This document shows, piece by piece, positions 19,538 through 28,082 of a stretch of 47,573 nt of DNA. The position numbers and the translations under genes were made by a program. The stretch is from an uncultured Fluviicola sp. (GTDB taxonomy: Bacteria > Bacteroidota > Bacteroidia > Flavobacteriales_D > Crocinitomicaceae): NCBI GenBank assembly GCA_937919725.1, contig CALFOS010000120.1:1-47573 (forward strand). The letters run 5' to 3'. The number at the start of each line of letters is the position of its first letter. Position 1 is the stretch's first letter. The notes under the pieces were generated by a model. That model had not been told where the DNA came from and made no database searches. It saw nothing but the letters and a program-made list of their open reading frames with translations.

Positions 19538-21131
19538 CATCCTATTTATTTGTTTTTTCTCGACTGGTTTTGCTAGTCAATTTGAGGATCAAAATTACCA
19601 GCGTAGAGGTTTTCGATTAGACCTTCTCGAAAATGGTAGTTTCAACAATTCCGATACCGCATTAACAACTCTCAAAAGTGGGAAATGGTCGGTTAATGGA
19701 AAAATACTCACCCTTGCCGGAAAAAACGACACGCTCCTAATTGAAGATAAGTTTAAGGTAAGCTACACATCTCACAATAAAATCACTCTCATCAAAAAAG
19801 GTGAGCGATTTTCCTACCACGACCTTGAAAGTACGACCTCAGAAGGGGTGTTTTCTTTCACATCAATCCTCAAAGGAATTCTAGGAATGTTGGTGCTTTT
19901 ATCCATCGGATATTTATTTAGTCGAGATCGCAAAAGTATTCGTTGGTCGATTGTGTTCAGAGGCACCATGCTGCAACTTGGACTCGCCTTGTTAATTATC
20001 AAAGTTCCTTTCGTTTCTACGGGATTCGAATTTTTATCACGTGTTTTCACGCGACTGATCAATTTCTCGCATGATGGCGCCGAATTCCTCTTCAGCAGTT
20101 TGTCAACGGGTGAAATGCATCCAATGGTCACCAACTTTGCCACCTGGATCTTGCCTTCGATCATCTTCTTTGCGGCCATTTCAAGTTTGCTCTATTACTT
20201 GGGCATCCTTCAATTTATTGTTAAGAAGTTGGCGTGGGTGATGCATCGAACTCTGGGAATATCTGGGGCGGAGAGTATTTCTGCCGCCGCAAATATTTTT
20301 ATTGGGCAAACGGAAGCACCACTGCTTGTAAAACCGTACTTGTCGCGCATGACCAAATCCGAAATCATGTGTTTGATGGTAGGAGGAATGGCTACCATTG
20401 CTGGTGGTGTTTTGGCTGCCGTGATTGGAATTTTGGGTGGTGGAGATCATGCACAGGAACTATTCTATGCGAAACACCTCCTCACGGCATCGTTCATGTC
20501 CGCTCCAGCAGCCATTGTTTTCGCTAAAATGTTGGTTCCCGAAAAAGAAGAAATCGACAAAAACCTCGACGTGCCGAAGGATAAAATTGGAACGAACGCA
20601 CTCGAAGCAATTACTAACGGAACAACGGACGGTCTTAAATTGGCTGTGAATGTTGGTGCCATGCTGCTCGTTTTTATGAGTTTGATCGCATTCGTAAATT
20701 ACACTTTAGGTTGGTTTGGTGATATTACACATCTAAATGACTTAATCGCGTCTGGTGGCATGTACACCACCTTAAGTTTTGAGAGTATCGCTGGATATGT
20801 GCTGTCTCCGTTCGCATGGACCATGGGCGTGGAATGGCAAGACTGTATGTATTTCGGTCAATTACTTGGCGAAAAAACCATTCTCAATGAATTTGTAGCC
20901 TATCCGCACCTAGGCGTTATCAAAGATGAGTTGTCCCAAAAATCTGTGGTAATGGCGACCTACGTTTTGTGTGGATTCGCAAATATCGCCTCTATCGGGA
21001 TTCAGGTAGGTGGAATCGGAATTCTCGTACCCGAAAAGAAAAGTTTACTCGCCCAATATGGCGTCCTCGCATTACTCGCTGGAACTTTGGCGTGTATGAG
21101 TACGGCTGTTATTGCGGGGATGCTGTTTTAG
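19512..21131 (+). CDS. nupC: Concentrative nucleoside transporter (NupC/CNT family) with an N-terminal extension of about 120 aa
   Basis: CNT core motifs include GAEFLF, GISGAESISAAANIFIGQTEAPLLVKPYL and NEFVAY. The likely start is ATG 19512 (MKSISVALSILFICFF, signal/TM-like), overlapping the nuclease gene by 26 nt. The track start at 19473 lies deeper inside the upstream gene. Confidence 0.8.
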   Translation: MKSISVALSILFICFFSTGFASQFEDQNYQRRGFRLDLLENGSFNNSDTALTTLKSGKWSVNGKILTLAGKNDTLLIEDKFKVSYTSHNKITLIKKGERFSYHDLESTTSEGVFSFTSILKGILGMLVLLSIGYLFSRDRKSIRWSIVFRGTMLQLGLALLIIKVPFVSTGFEFLSRVFTRLINFSHDGAEFLFSSLSTGEMHPMVTNFATWILPSIIFFAAISSLLYYLGILQFIVKKLAWVMHRTLGISGAESISAAANIFIGQTEAPLLVKPYLSRMTKSEIMCLMVGGMATIAGGVLAAVIGILGGGDHAQELFYAKHLLTASFMSAPAAIVFAKMLVPEKEEIDKNLDVPKDKIGTNALEAITNGTTDGLKLAVNVGAMLLVFMSLIAFVNYTLGWFGDITHLNDLIASGGMYTTLSFESIAGYVLSPFAWTMGVEWQDCMYFGQLLGEKTILNEFVAYPHLGVIKDELSQKSVVMATYVLCGFANIASIGIQVGGIGILVPEKKSLLAQYGVLALLAGTLACMSTAVIAGMLF

Positions 21132-21139
21132 GAGGATAA

Positions 21140-21178
21140 TTGGATTTTTGGATCACTGGATTGGTTGGATCGTTGGAT
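21140..21178. repeat. Five tandem copies of (T/C)TGGAT at an 8-9 nt period
   Basis: The sequence is TTGGATTT TTGGATCA CTGGATTGG TTGGATCG TTGGATTT, starting 9 nt after the nupC stop. The last unit is also the left arm of a perfect 10-bp inverted repeat (TTGGATTTAG at 21173-21182 with CTAAATCCAA at 21202-21211). Confidence 0.8.
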
Positions 21179-21247
21179 TTAGCTTTTTCGAACCGATAAA
21201 TCTAAATCCAAGCGAAACGCGCTCCAAGACTCCAATAATCTGTTCTC

Positions 21248-22942
21248 TCAAAAATAAGCAATATACCCAAAATGCACCTTGCTATTGCTCAAAAGAACTG
21301 GGTTGTCCAATTGCTTCCCAAGTGCGTAGGAGATCGAAAATACACCAAGGTTGGTGCTGAACGCAAATCCAAGTCCAAAACCGAATGGCGTGTCGTTGGA
21401 ATAAGCACTAGAATTGTTCTCGTACCACGTTTGATCGTAGAAAGCGAACACATGTGAATCTTGGTCGAGTAGAAATCGGTATTCGAAGGTAGTCGTGGAG
21501 AGTGTGGAGGCCACGAGTTCATCTTCATTGAATCCCCGTTGCGAGGTCAGTCCCCCAAATCGGAAGAGTTCATTCTGGAAAATTTCTTCGGTGTTGTAAA
21601 ATTCGGTGTGGTTCGCAAGTCGAATAACGTGTCGTTTCGCCAGTGGGAAAAAGAACTCGGCATCTACTTCTCCTTTCAAAATGAGTGAATTGATGATTTC
21701 AGAACTATCGTTTCGTTGAAATGACCGCGTTCCAGCACTTCCCGTTACTTGAAATTGATGTCCCCTCGATGGATTCGGCAAGTAGTCAAGCGATTGGCGA
21801 ACGTACGAAAGTCCGTAATTGTTCGAAGATGTACTACCCAATTTCGCGTACGTCGGATTGTTTTTTCCTCCTTTGAGAACATTCGATTGAATATTTTGAT
21901 AAAACGCCTTCACATAGCTTCCATGACTCATGAAGTATTGCACGCCAGCCGTTGTTCTCAATTCCACAAAGGAAGTATCGCGCTTGTACAAATCGAAATT
22001 GCCATCCAATCCGAAGGATGTTTTGAACAAAAACGGATAATTCATCCGTGCTTTGAGCGATTGTGTTTGGTCGCGAATGCTTTGCCAGCGGATATCGACC
22101 AACTCCCCTCGTTTGAGCGTGTTCAGTAATTTCAGGTTGAGTTCACCCGTAAACGACACTTTCTGCGTCACTGGATTCGGTTGCAAGCCCACTACTCCAT
22201 TCACAGAACTCACGGGATTGCTTTTTATGTACATGAACAATTCCACGCCCGTTTTCGTGAACAAGAGCTCGTGCGCCTTAATTTCCTTGAGAAAAGAAAC
22301 TTGCTTGATCCTGCCCTTTATTTTTTTTAAAAGTGCTTCATCGTACACATCTCCGACTTTGATTCCCAGTAAACTCGAGATATAACTGACCGTAATCGTT
22401 GAATCGCCTTTCACGTGAATTTCTTCCCACACATATAATTTTCCACGATCAATTTGCAGTTCCGCCGACATCCTCGAACCTTCAATCACCACATTTTTAA
22501 ATTGCACTCGCGCGAACGGATATCCATTGTTGAGGTAAGCAGACTGAACAGATTTCAACGCACCAGCAAGTGATTTGGGTGTGAAATCGAGCTGTGAAAT
22601 AAACCGCTCATTCAAATTGGAGTATTTTCGGACGAAATCCATCTCCTCGCTACTAATAGTCACATTTGCCTGATCAAACTTCTGTCCGAGGTGAAAATCG
22701 AGGCTAGCGATTCGCTGTTCGAACGACAACTTATCAACAGATGCGAGCAAATATCCTTTGTTGATGGCCGACGATTGCAAATTACGCAAGTACATCAGCA
22801 AAGTGATGCTATCTTTGAAGTTGGTCGTTGGATGTTTAACAAATTCGACGTGATTTTCGTTCACAAAGGACAATTGGAACGTTTTTTGGGAGAACGTAAA
22901 GAATGATAGTAAGAAAAAGAAAAACGTGTAAATCCAGCGCAT
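21248..22942 (-). CDS. Omp85-superfamily outer-membrane protein (POTRA plus beta-barrel; TamA/TpsB-sized)
   Basis: About 564 aa from ATG 22942, giving the signal peptide MRWIYTFFFFLLSFFTFSQ (the track extends to 22990). It has a POTRA-like N-terminal region, a Gly/aromatic-rich barrel, and a C-terminus of FGYIAYF ending in Phe. Confidence 0.55.
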   Translation of the reverse strand: MRWIYTFFFFLLSFFTFSQKTFQLSFVNENHVEFVKHPTTNFKDSITLLMYLRNLQSSAINKGYLLASVDKLSFEQRIASLDFHLGQKFDQANVTISSEEMDFVRKYSNLNERFISQLDFTPKSLAGALKSVQSAYLNNGYPFARVQFKNVVIEGSRMSAELQIDRGKLYVWEEIHVKGDSTITVSYISSLLGIKVGDVYDEALLKKIKGRIKQVSFLKEIKAHELLFTKTGVELFMYIKSNPVSSVNGVVGLQPNPVTQKVSFTGELNLKLLNTLKRGELVDIRWQSIRDQTQSLKARMNYPFLFKTSFGLDGNFDLYKRDTSFVELRTTAGVQYFMSHGSYVKAFYQNIQSNVLKGGKNNPTYAKLGSTSSNNYGLSYVRQSLDYLPNPSRGHQFQVTGSAGTRSFQRNDSSEIINSLILKGEVDAEFFFPLAKRHVIRLANHTEFYNTEEIFQNELFRFGGLTSQRGFNEDELVASTLSTTTFEYRFLLDQDSHVFAFYDQTWYENNSSAYSNDTPFGFGLGFAFSTNLGVFSISYALGKQLDNPVLLSNSKVHFGYIAYF

Positions 22943-23101
22943 CTGTTGAAGTAACGAAGGGAAAAGTACTTTATTTCGCATCATCAGCATAGATATGTGG
23001 ATAATTATTTTCTGTGAAACATATAATTTATCGTACTTTCGTCGTTATATTGTTAGACAACAACAACAAATTAGAACCTTTATTAATTAAAATCAGACAC
23101 C

Positions 23102-23251
23102 ATGAAAAGACTTTTGGCCTTGACACTTATGGGATTGATGCTGACAGTAGTTTTTGCTGCATGTGGATCATCCAAAGGAGGAAACTGTGACGCATACGGT
23201 AAAACACCTGCTGCTGATCAAGTAGAAAATACAGATTTGGCTTCATTATAA
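23102..23251 (+). CDS. Small predicted lipoprotein (49 aa), below the ORF-track length cut-off
   Basis: Hand translation gives MKRLLALTLMGLMLTVVFAACGSSKGGNCDAYGKTPAADQVENTDLASL*. It has a signal peptide with a lipobox (VFAAC) and is followed 21 nt later by a strong terminator. Confidence 0.55.
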   Translation: MKRLLALTLMGLMLTVVFAACGSSKGGNCDAYGKTPAADQVENTDLASL

Positions 23252-23272
23252 GCAATCAATCTTATTAACTTC

Positions 23273-23300
23273 AAGGTCATCTATACGGTGACCTTTTTTT
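23273..23300 (+). terminator. Rho-independent terminator after the small lipoprotein gene
   Basis: AAGGTCATC pairs with GGTGACCTT (9 bp including one G-U, 5-nt loop). The T run extends to 23300. Confidence 0.75.
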
Positions 23301-23346
23301 GTGCCTGAACTTTTGTTGCTCCAAGAAAAATAAAAGTACGAAGCAC

Positions 23347-23374
23347 AAAAAAGTCCCTTTCAACGAAAGAGACT
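23347..23374 (-). terminator. Rho-independent terminator after the 23397-23888 lipoprotein gene
   Basis: The minus strand reads AGTCTCTTTC-GTT-GAAAGGGACT (10 bp, one G-U) followed by TTTTTT. Confidence 0.7.
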
Positions 23375-23396
23375 TTACTAATTTTCTTAACCGATA

Positions 23397-23888
23397 TTAG
23401 ATCTTGATTTCCTCAATCACTCGAACAATCGAATAACCAGAAGGGATAGCCGGAACAGCGATAAAATTCTCGACGTATCGCTCCTGTGTGCATTTTGGAT
23501 CTTTACATTCTGTAACCGTAATCTTATAGGTAACAACCATATTAACATCATCAAACGTCACATCTCTTAATAGAGAAAAACTACAGCTCACGGTCATTGG
23601 GTACGCAAGAATACTGTACGCAGAATAGTTGAACGGCGTTTTTGTTTGTCCACCATTCGTGCTCATATCAAACTTGTCTGCGACGTATGAATTTCCGTTC
23701 ACATGGTAATCCCCACTCATGTCCTCAGTAATATATCCGTGGACTGGAAACACCAGAACATCTGTTCGGATAGCACCAGAATCAACACTTTCAGCATCAA
23801 TTTTGCATTTCTTCGAGCAGGAATAAAGTCCGATGAAAAGCACTGAAACTATCAAAAGGGGAGCAGTGTAGTATTTAATCTTGCGCAT
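23397..23888 (-). CDS. Hypothetical Cys-rich lipoprotein
   Basis: 163 aa with a signal peptide and lipobox (LFIGLYSC). No family recognised. It lies 64 nt downstream of lptB on the same strand. Confidence 0.5.
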   Translation of the reverse strand: MRKIKYYTAPLLIVSVLFIGLYSCSKKCKIDAESVDSGAIRTDVLVFPVHGYITEDMSGDYHVNGNSYVADKFDMSTNGGQTKTPFNYSAYSILAYPMTVSCSFSLLRDVTFDDVNMVVTYKITVTECKDPKCTQERYVENFIAVPAIPSGYSIVRVIEEIKI

Positions 23889-23952
23889 AATGGGCCTCTT
23901 TAAATTGAGTTCTAAGGTATAAATTTAACTTTTTTTCGTGACTTCCAAAAGA

Positions 23953-24681
23953 TTATTTCTTTCTGAGAACAAAATTTTGTCCCAGATAAACGCTTCGAAC
24001 GCGTTTATTTTCAGCCAATTCTTCTGGTTTTCCGGAGAATAAAACTTCTCCTTCGTAGAGCAAATAAGCCCTATCCGTTATAGAGAGTGTTTCTTGAACG
24101 TTGTGGTCGGTGATTAATACGCCAATATTTCTCTCTTTTAACTCTGAAACAATTGTTTGAATATCTTCGACTGCAATCGGATCAACTCCTGCAAATGGCT
24201 CATCGAGTAGAACGAATTTTGGATTGGTGGCCAAGGCACGCGCAATCTCCGTTCTCCGCTTCTCGCCTCCCGAGAGTCTGTTTCCGAGGGTTTTGCGCAC
24301 ATGCCCCAAACTGAACTCATCGATCAATTGCTCCAGTCGCGCTGTGCGTTCTTCTTTAGTGAGCTTGGTCATTTCCAAAATTGCCATGATGTTGTCCTCT
24401 ACACTCAATTTCCGAAAAACGGATACTTCTTGCGGCAAATAGCCAATTCCCATCTGTGCTCGGCGATACATCGGCATGTTCGTGACTTCCAAATCATCCA
24501 AATATACCTTCCCCGAATCAGGCGTCACGAGTCCAACTATCATATAGAACGAAGTGGTTTTCCCAGCTCCATTTGGACCGAGTAGCCCAACAATTTCGCC
24601 TTGATTCACTTCCACAGAAATGCCTTTCACGACATCGCGTCCTTTGTACGATTTCGCAATTCTTTGTGTATGTAATTTCAT
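23953..24681 (-). CDS. lptB: LPS export ABC transporter ATP-binding protein
   Basis: 242 aa with Walker [10 protein letters not shown], signature LSGGEKRR and Walker B VLLDEP. The LptB-typical N-terminus reads [39 protein letters not shown]. Confidence 0.85.
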   Translation of the reverse strand: MKLHTQRIAKSYKGRDVVKGISVEVNQGEIVGLLGPNGAGKTTSFYMIVGLVTPDSGKVYLDDLEVTNMPMYRRAQMGIGYLPQEVSVFRKLSVEDNIMAILEMTKLTKEERTARLEQLIDEFSLGHVRKTLGNRLSGGEKRRTEIARALATNPKFVLLDEPFAGVDPIAVEDIQTIVSELKERNIGVLITDHNVQETLSITDRAYLLYEGEVLFSGKPEELAENKRVRSVYLGQNFVLRKK

Positions 24682-24690
24682 TTTTCCTTC

Positions 24691-27165
24691 TTAGAAATTG
24701 AGTGAATAACGTGCGCGAAGGCCAAAATTTGAAATATCCGTCACTTTCACGCCTGACGCCAAATGTGTGAGTCGCCAAAAAACATCAATCCGACCAATGT
24801 TCAATATATTTTCGATGCCTGCTGCTACTTCAACGTAAGGAACCTTTCCAAATTGCTTCGTGAAATCAGGGAGGAGCATTTCTGCGGTGTGTTTTGGGTC
24901 GATTTGACCGTAAGCAATTCGAGCGGTTGTTACCAAGCGCAACTTCAACTTTCGAATAAGTGGAACTCTGTCAAAAAACAAGCCTTCCCAGTGGTTTTCG
25001 ATGAGCCCTGTCACGTAGCGATCTGAAATAAATTCGAAGAAATTCATTTTGTTGAAGGCATTCGTGTACAACCAATACGATTGATTCCCTTCATGCACCT
25101 TCAAAAACGGATACGCCGTTGATCCGAAGATGGTTCCAACGTTTATTCCGTAGCGAATTCGACCCAAAATACCAATTGGCGTAGTGTGTTCGATGAATAA
25201 ATCGACTTTTTGATAATTGTATTGACTCCCAAAAATACCTTTGATTCCAAATACACCTTGAATGGCAATGATGGGATAGCGCGAGCGAACCGATGTACGA
25301 TCAAAAGCGCCTGAAATAAACTCTTCGTCCTTCGCCCAACGGTAACGCAGCGTAAGTTCGCTGGTCCGAATACTGTTGATCGTATCGTGAAGCCCAGTTG
25401 ATGTATTCAATCGCAAATAATTCGCCTTACCCAAGGCAACATATTCCTTCCACTCAAACCCGCCGTAGAGAACGATGTCCTTTTTAATGTCATTTTCCAG
25501 TGTGATTCCTGCTTTTTGTACGAAAGTCAACTTATCGAGCGGACCTGTTCGGAGCAGGGTGCCAAAGGTAGAACCAACAGACGCCGCCGAAGATGACTGC
25601 CCGATTTGCTCAATGTCATAATTGTAATACATACTCAGCATCGCCCTTTTTTTCTGGGAGAGATTGGCGCGAACCGTGAATCCATATTTGAAGCGTTGAT
25701 CCTTGAATCCGTACGCAGCCCTTCCTCCAAGTTCAATTTTACGACTGAAATTATTCGAAGTTCTCAACGCGAAGGACGTCCGGGCACCTTCAACAGGGTT
25801 AACGCTAAACAAGGAATACGCACTACCGATCTCGATCTTTTTGATGGGGAAATATCCCGTAGACACGAAATATATCATGTTTTTTAGGAACTTGAAAAAC
25901 CGCACTTCACTGAGGGAGTCGATCATGTTGTCGATGCCAGTTTCTGTAACCGTGAGTGGATTATGCCGCACGCCTGCCCAATATTCGTCGCTCCGATGAT
26001 CTGCGCCATATTCCATCTCAACCGTATTGTCCGTTTTATAGAACTCTGTCGGTCGAGGTTCGTTCACTTTGAAATTTTTCCGAGTGGAGTGTCGACGTCC
26101 GAAGAAACCGTAAACGCCTGTTTTCTTGGTGACTTTAAGGTCGGCAATCATCTTTTCTTCGGTGAGCATCCACACTTCTGGAGCAACGAGGTCGAAATGG
26201 TGTTCGATGTACAAACCTTGGACATAATTGATGTTAATGTCGGGTGAAATATCCGCTTTGAATTGCTTCACAGCATACGTAGTGTCATGAATCCACATTT
26301 CTCCAACGAAGGTTAAATCGCCCGCACGCTTTGGTCGAAACCGAAGTTTGTAGCACCATTGAGCATCGATGAAGGTGGAATCTTCCAAATAAAATTTATA
26401 GAAGCTGCGCGCCGAGTTGGATACAGGACTGATAAAGCTCTTCCCGAACATGTAGATGTAGTTGTCGTATATATTGACATCGAGGTACATATCGCCCAAG
26501 AACTGATTCACTTGCAAATTTTCGACCCCACTGATACGCGTCGCTTTCACAAATTCTTTTTTCTTCCTAGGATCATTTTTGAAGTAGAAGTCGGAAATAT
26601 TTTCACTCAAAAGCACTGGAAGAAGGCTTTTACCATCGGTGGTAGAGTCGAGGTAATCCATCACCAAATCCAATCGTTGCACAATTCCGCGTTCCTTGAA
26701 TTTATCGCCGATGTTGTTCAAATCGATCTGTACCTTATTATATACTTCGTATTCGTAGGACTCGAGTTTTTCCTTATCGTTGATTTTTTTGTTGGCAATT
26801 ACCTTTTTGTGGAGAATGGTAGATGGAAATTCATCGGGAGCCACCACAATCACCTCATCGTAATCCGATACCATAATAGGAAGCGTCACGTTTATTTCTT
26901 GTGCAACATCCAATTTTACACCAACTGTTATTTTTAAGTAGCCAGACGAGTAGAAAACCAGTGAATCCGTTCCATAATATGTGTCGATTTGATAATGTCC
27001 AGCAGAATCGGTAAGCATTCCAATTTTAGAATCCTTGTAATGAACAGAAACATACGGCATCACATCTCCCGACAAACCGTCTTTGACAACACCGAACACC
27101 TTAGTCTTCTGACCAAACGAAACGAGTGGCGCCAGGATCAGCAGAAAAAGTAGGAAGTGTTTCAT
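24691..27165 (-). CDS. CarboxypepD_reg plus DUF5686-type outer-membrane protein
   Basis: 824 aa with a signal peptide and an N-terminal carboxypeptidase-regulatory-like fold (VFGVVKDGLSGDVMPYVSVHYKDSKIGMLTDSAGHYQI). A large barrel-like body ends in ...RARYSLNF (C-terminal Phe). Confidence 0.6.
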   Translation of the reverse strand: MKHFLLFLLILAPLVSFGQKTKVFGVVKDGLSGDVMPYVSVHYKDSKIGMLTDSAGHYQIDTYYGTDSLVFYSSGYLKITVGVKLDVAQEINVTLPIMVSDYDEVIVVAPDEFPSTILHKKVIANKKINDKEKLESYEYEVYNKVQIDLNNIGDKFKERGIVQRLDLVMDYLDSTTDGKSLLPVLLSENISDFYFKNDPRKKKEFVKATRISGVENLQVNQFLGDMYLDVNIYDNYIYMFGKSFISPVSNSARSFYKFYLEDSTFIDAQWCYKLRFRPKRAGDLTFVGEMWIHDTTYAVKQFKADISPDININYVQGLYIEHHFDLVAPEVWMLTEEKMIADLKVTKKTGVYGFFGRRHSTRKNFKVNEPRPTEFYKTDNTVEMEYGADHRSDEYWAGVRHNPLTVTETGIDNMIDSLSEVRFFKFLKNMIYFVSTGYFPIKKIEIGSAYSLFSVNPVEGARTSFALRTSNNFSRKIELGGRAAYGFKDQRFKYGFTVRANLSQKKRAMLSMYYNYDIEQIGQSSSAASVGSTFGTLLRTGPLDKLTFVQKAGITLENDIKKDIVLYGGFEWKEYVALGKANYLRLNTSTGLHDTINSIRTSELTLRYRWAKDEEFISGAFDRTSVRSRYPIIAIQGVFGIKGIFGSQYNYQKVDLFIEHTTPIGILGRIRYGINVGTIFGSTAYPFLKVHEGNQSYWLYTNAFNKMNFFEFISDRYVTGLIENHWEGLFFDRVPLIRKLKLRLVTTARIAYGQIDPKHTAEMLLPDFTKQFGKVPYVEVAAGIENILNIGRIDVFWRLTHLASGVKVTDISNFGLRARYSLNF

Positions 27166-27200
27166 AGAACGGTCGCGTTAATGTAACGAAGAATTTCTTG

Positions 27201-27998
27201 TTAGAGTTGTTTCAATTCTTCTTTTCTCCGTTTCCGCATCACCCGTTTGGATACGAGAACACCAATTTCGTAAAGCAAAACAATGGGGACACCAACGATT
27301 ATTTGGCTAATTAAATCGGGCGGAGTGATCAGTGCAGATAGAATCAGAATCCCAACAATTGCGTGTTTTCTGTACTTTTTGAGGTATTCGGGAGTAATAA
27401 CCCCCAATTTTGTGAATAAATAGACCACCACGGGCAACAGGAACAACAAACCAGTGTAGAAAACCGTTGACAAGACTGTTCCCATATATGAATCAATTGT
27501 AAAATCATTTTTAATTGCAGTACTTATTTGGAAATTCCCAAAGAATTGAACGCAAAGTGGCGCAACGACGAAGTATCCGAACATTATTCCGATAAAAAAC
27601 AAGATGCTCACATACAACACGATTCCCTTTACAACTCCCATTTCATTTTTCTTCAGTCCGGGTTTCACAAACGACCATAATTGAGAGAAAATAAACGGAA
27701 ACGCAAGGACGATCCCCCCCATGATGCTCATCATGATTGCGTACGAAAATTGACCCGTTAGCGAGGTGCTTTGCATATCAATTTTGATTGATTCTACACA
27801 GACTCCGAAGGTATTGCAGAGAAATTTGAATGTAGGAAAACTCGTGAACCGCATCGAAAGGAATAGATTATTCAAAATCCACTCCATAAAAATCCAAATC
27901 ACAGTCGCAAAAACAACGATCGCAATCGCTGATTTCACCAAACGCCAACGGAGCTCTTCAAGGTGATCCAAAAAGGACATATTTTTCTTATCTTCCAT
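27201..27998 (-). CDS. tatC: Twin-arginine translocase subunit TatC
   Basis: Contains MSFLDHLEELRWRL plus six TM segments. The start is ambiguous. The track uses GTG 28007, which overlaps a TATTTTTG box at 28007-28014. ATG 27998 or ATG 27980 is more plausible. Confidence 0.85.
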   Translation of the reverse strand: MEDKKNMSFLDHLEELRWRLVKSAIAIVVFATVIWIFMEWILNNLFLSMRFTSFPTFKFLCNTFGVCVESIKIDMQSTSLTGQFSYAIMMSIMGGIVLAFPFIFSQLWSFVKPGLKKNEMGVVKGIVLYVSILFFIGIMFGYFVVAPLCVQFFGNFQISTAIKNDFTIDSYMGTVLSTVFYTGLLFLLPVVVYLFTKLGVITPEYLKKYRKHAIVGILILSALITPPDLISQIIVGVPIVLLYEIGVLVSKRVMRKRRKEELKQL

Positions 27999-28082
27999 TA
28001 ATTGCACAAAAATAGCAATACTACTCGCTGTATTGATAGAAATTGCTTATTTTAGATAAGCTTTTCAACATAACACAATCAG

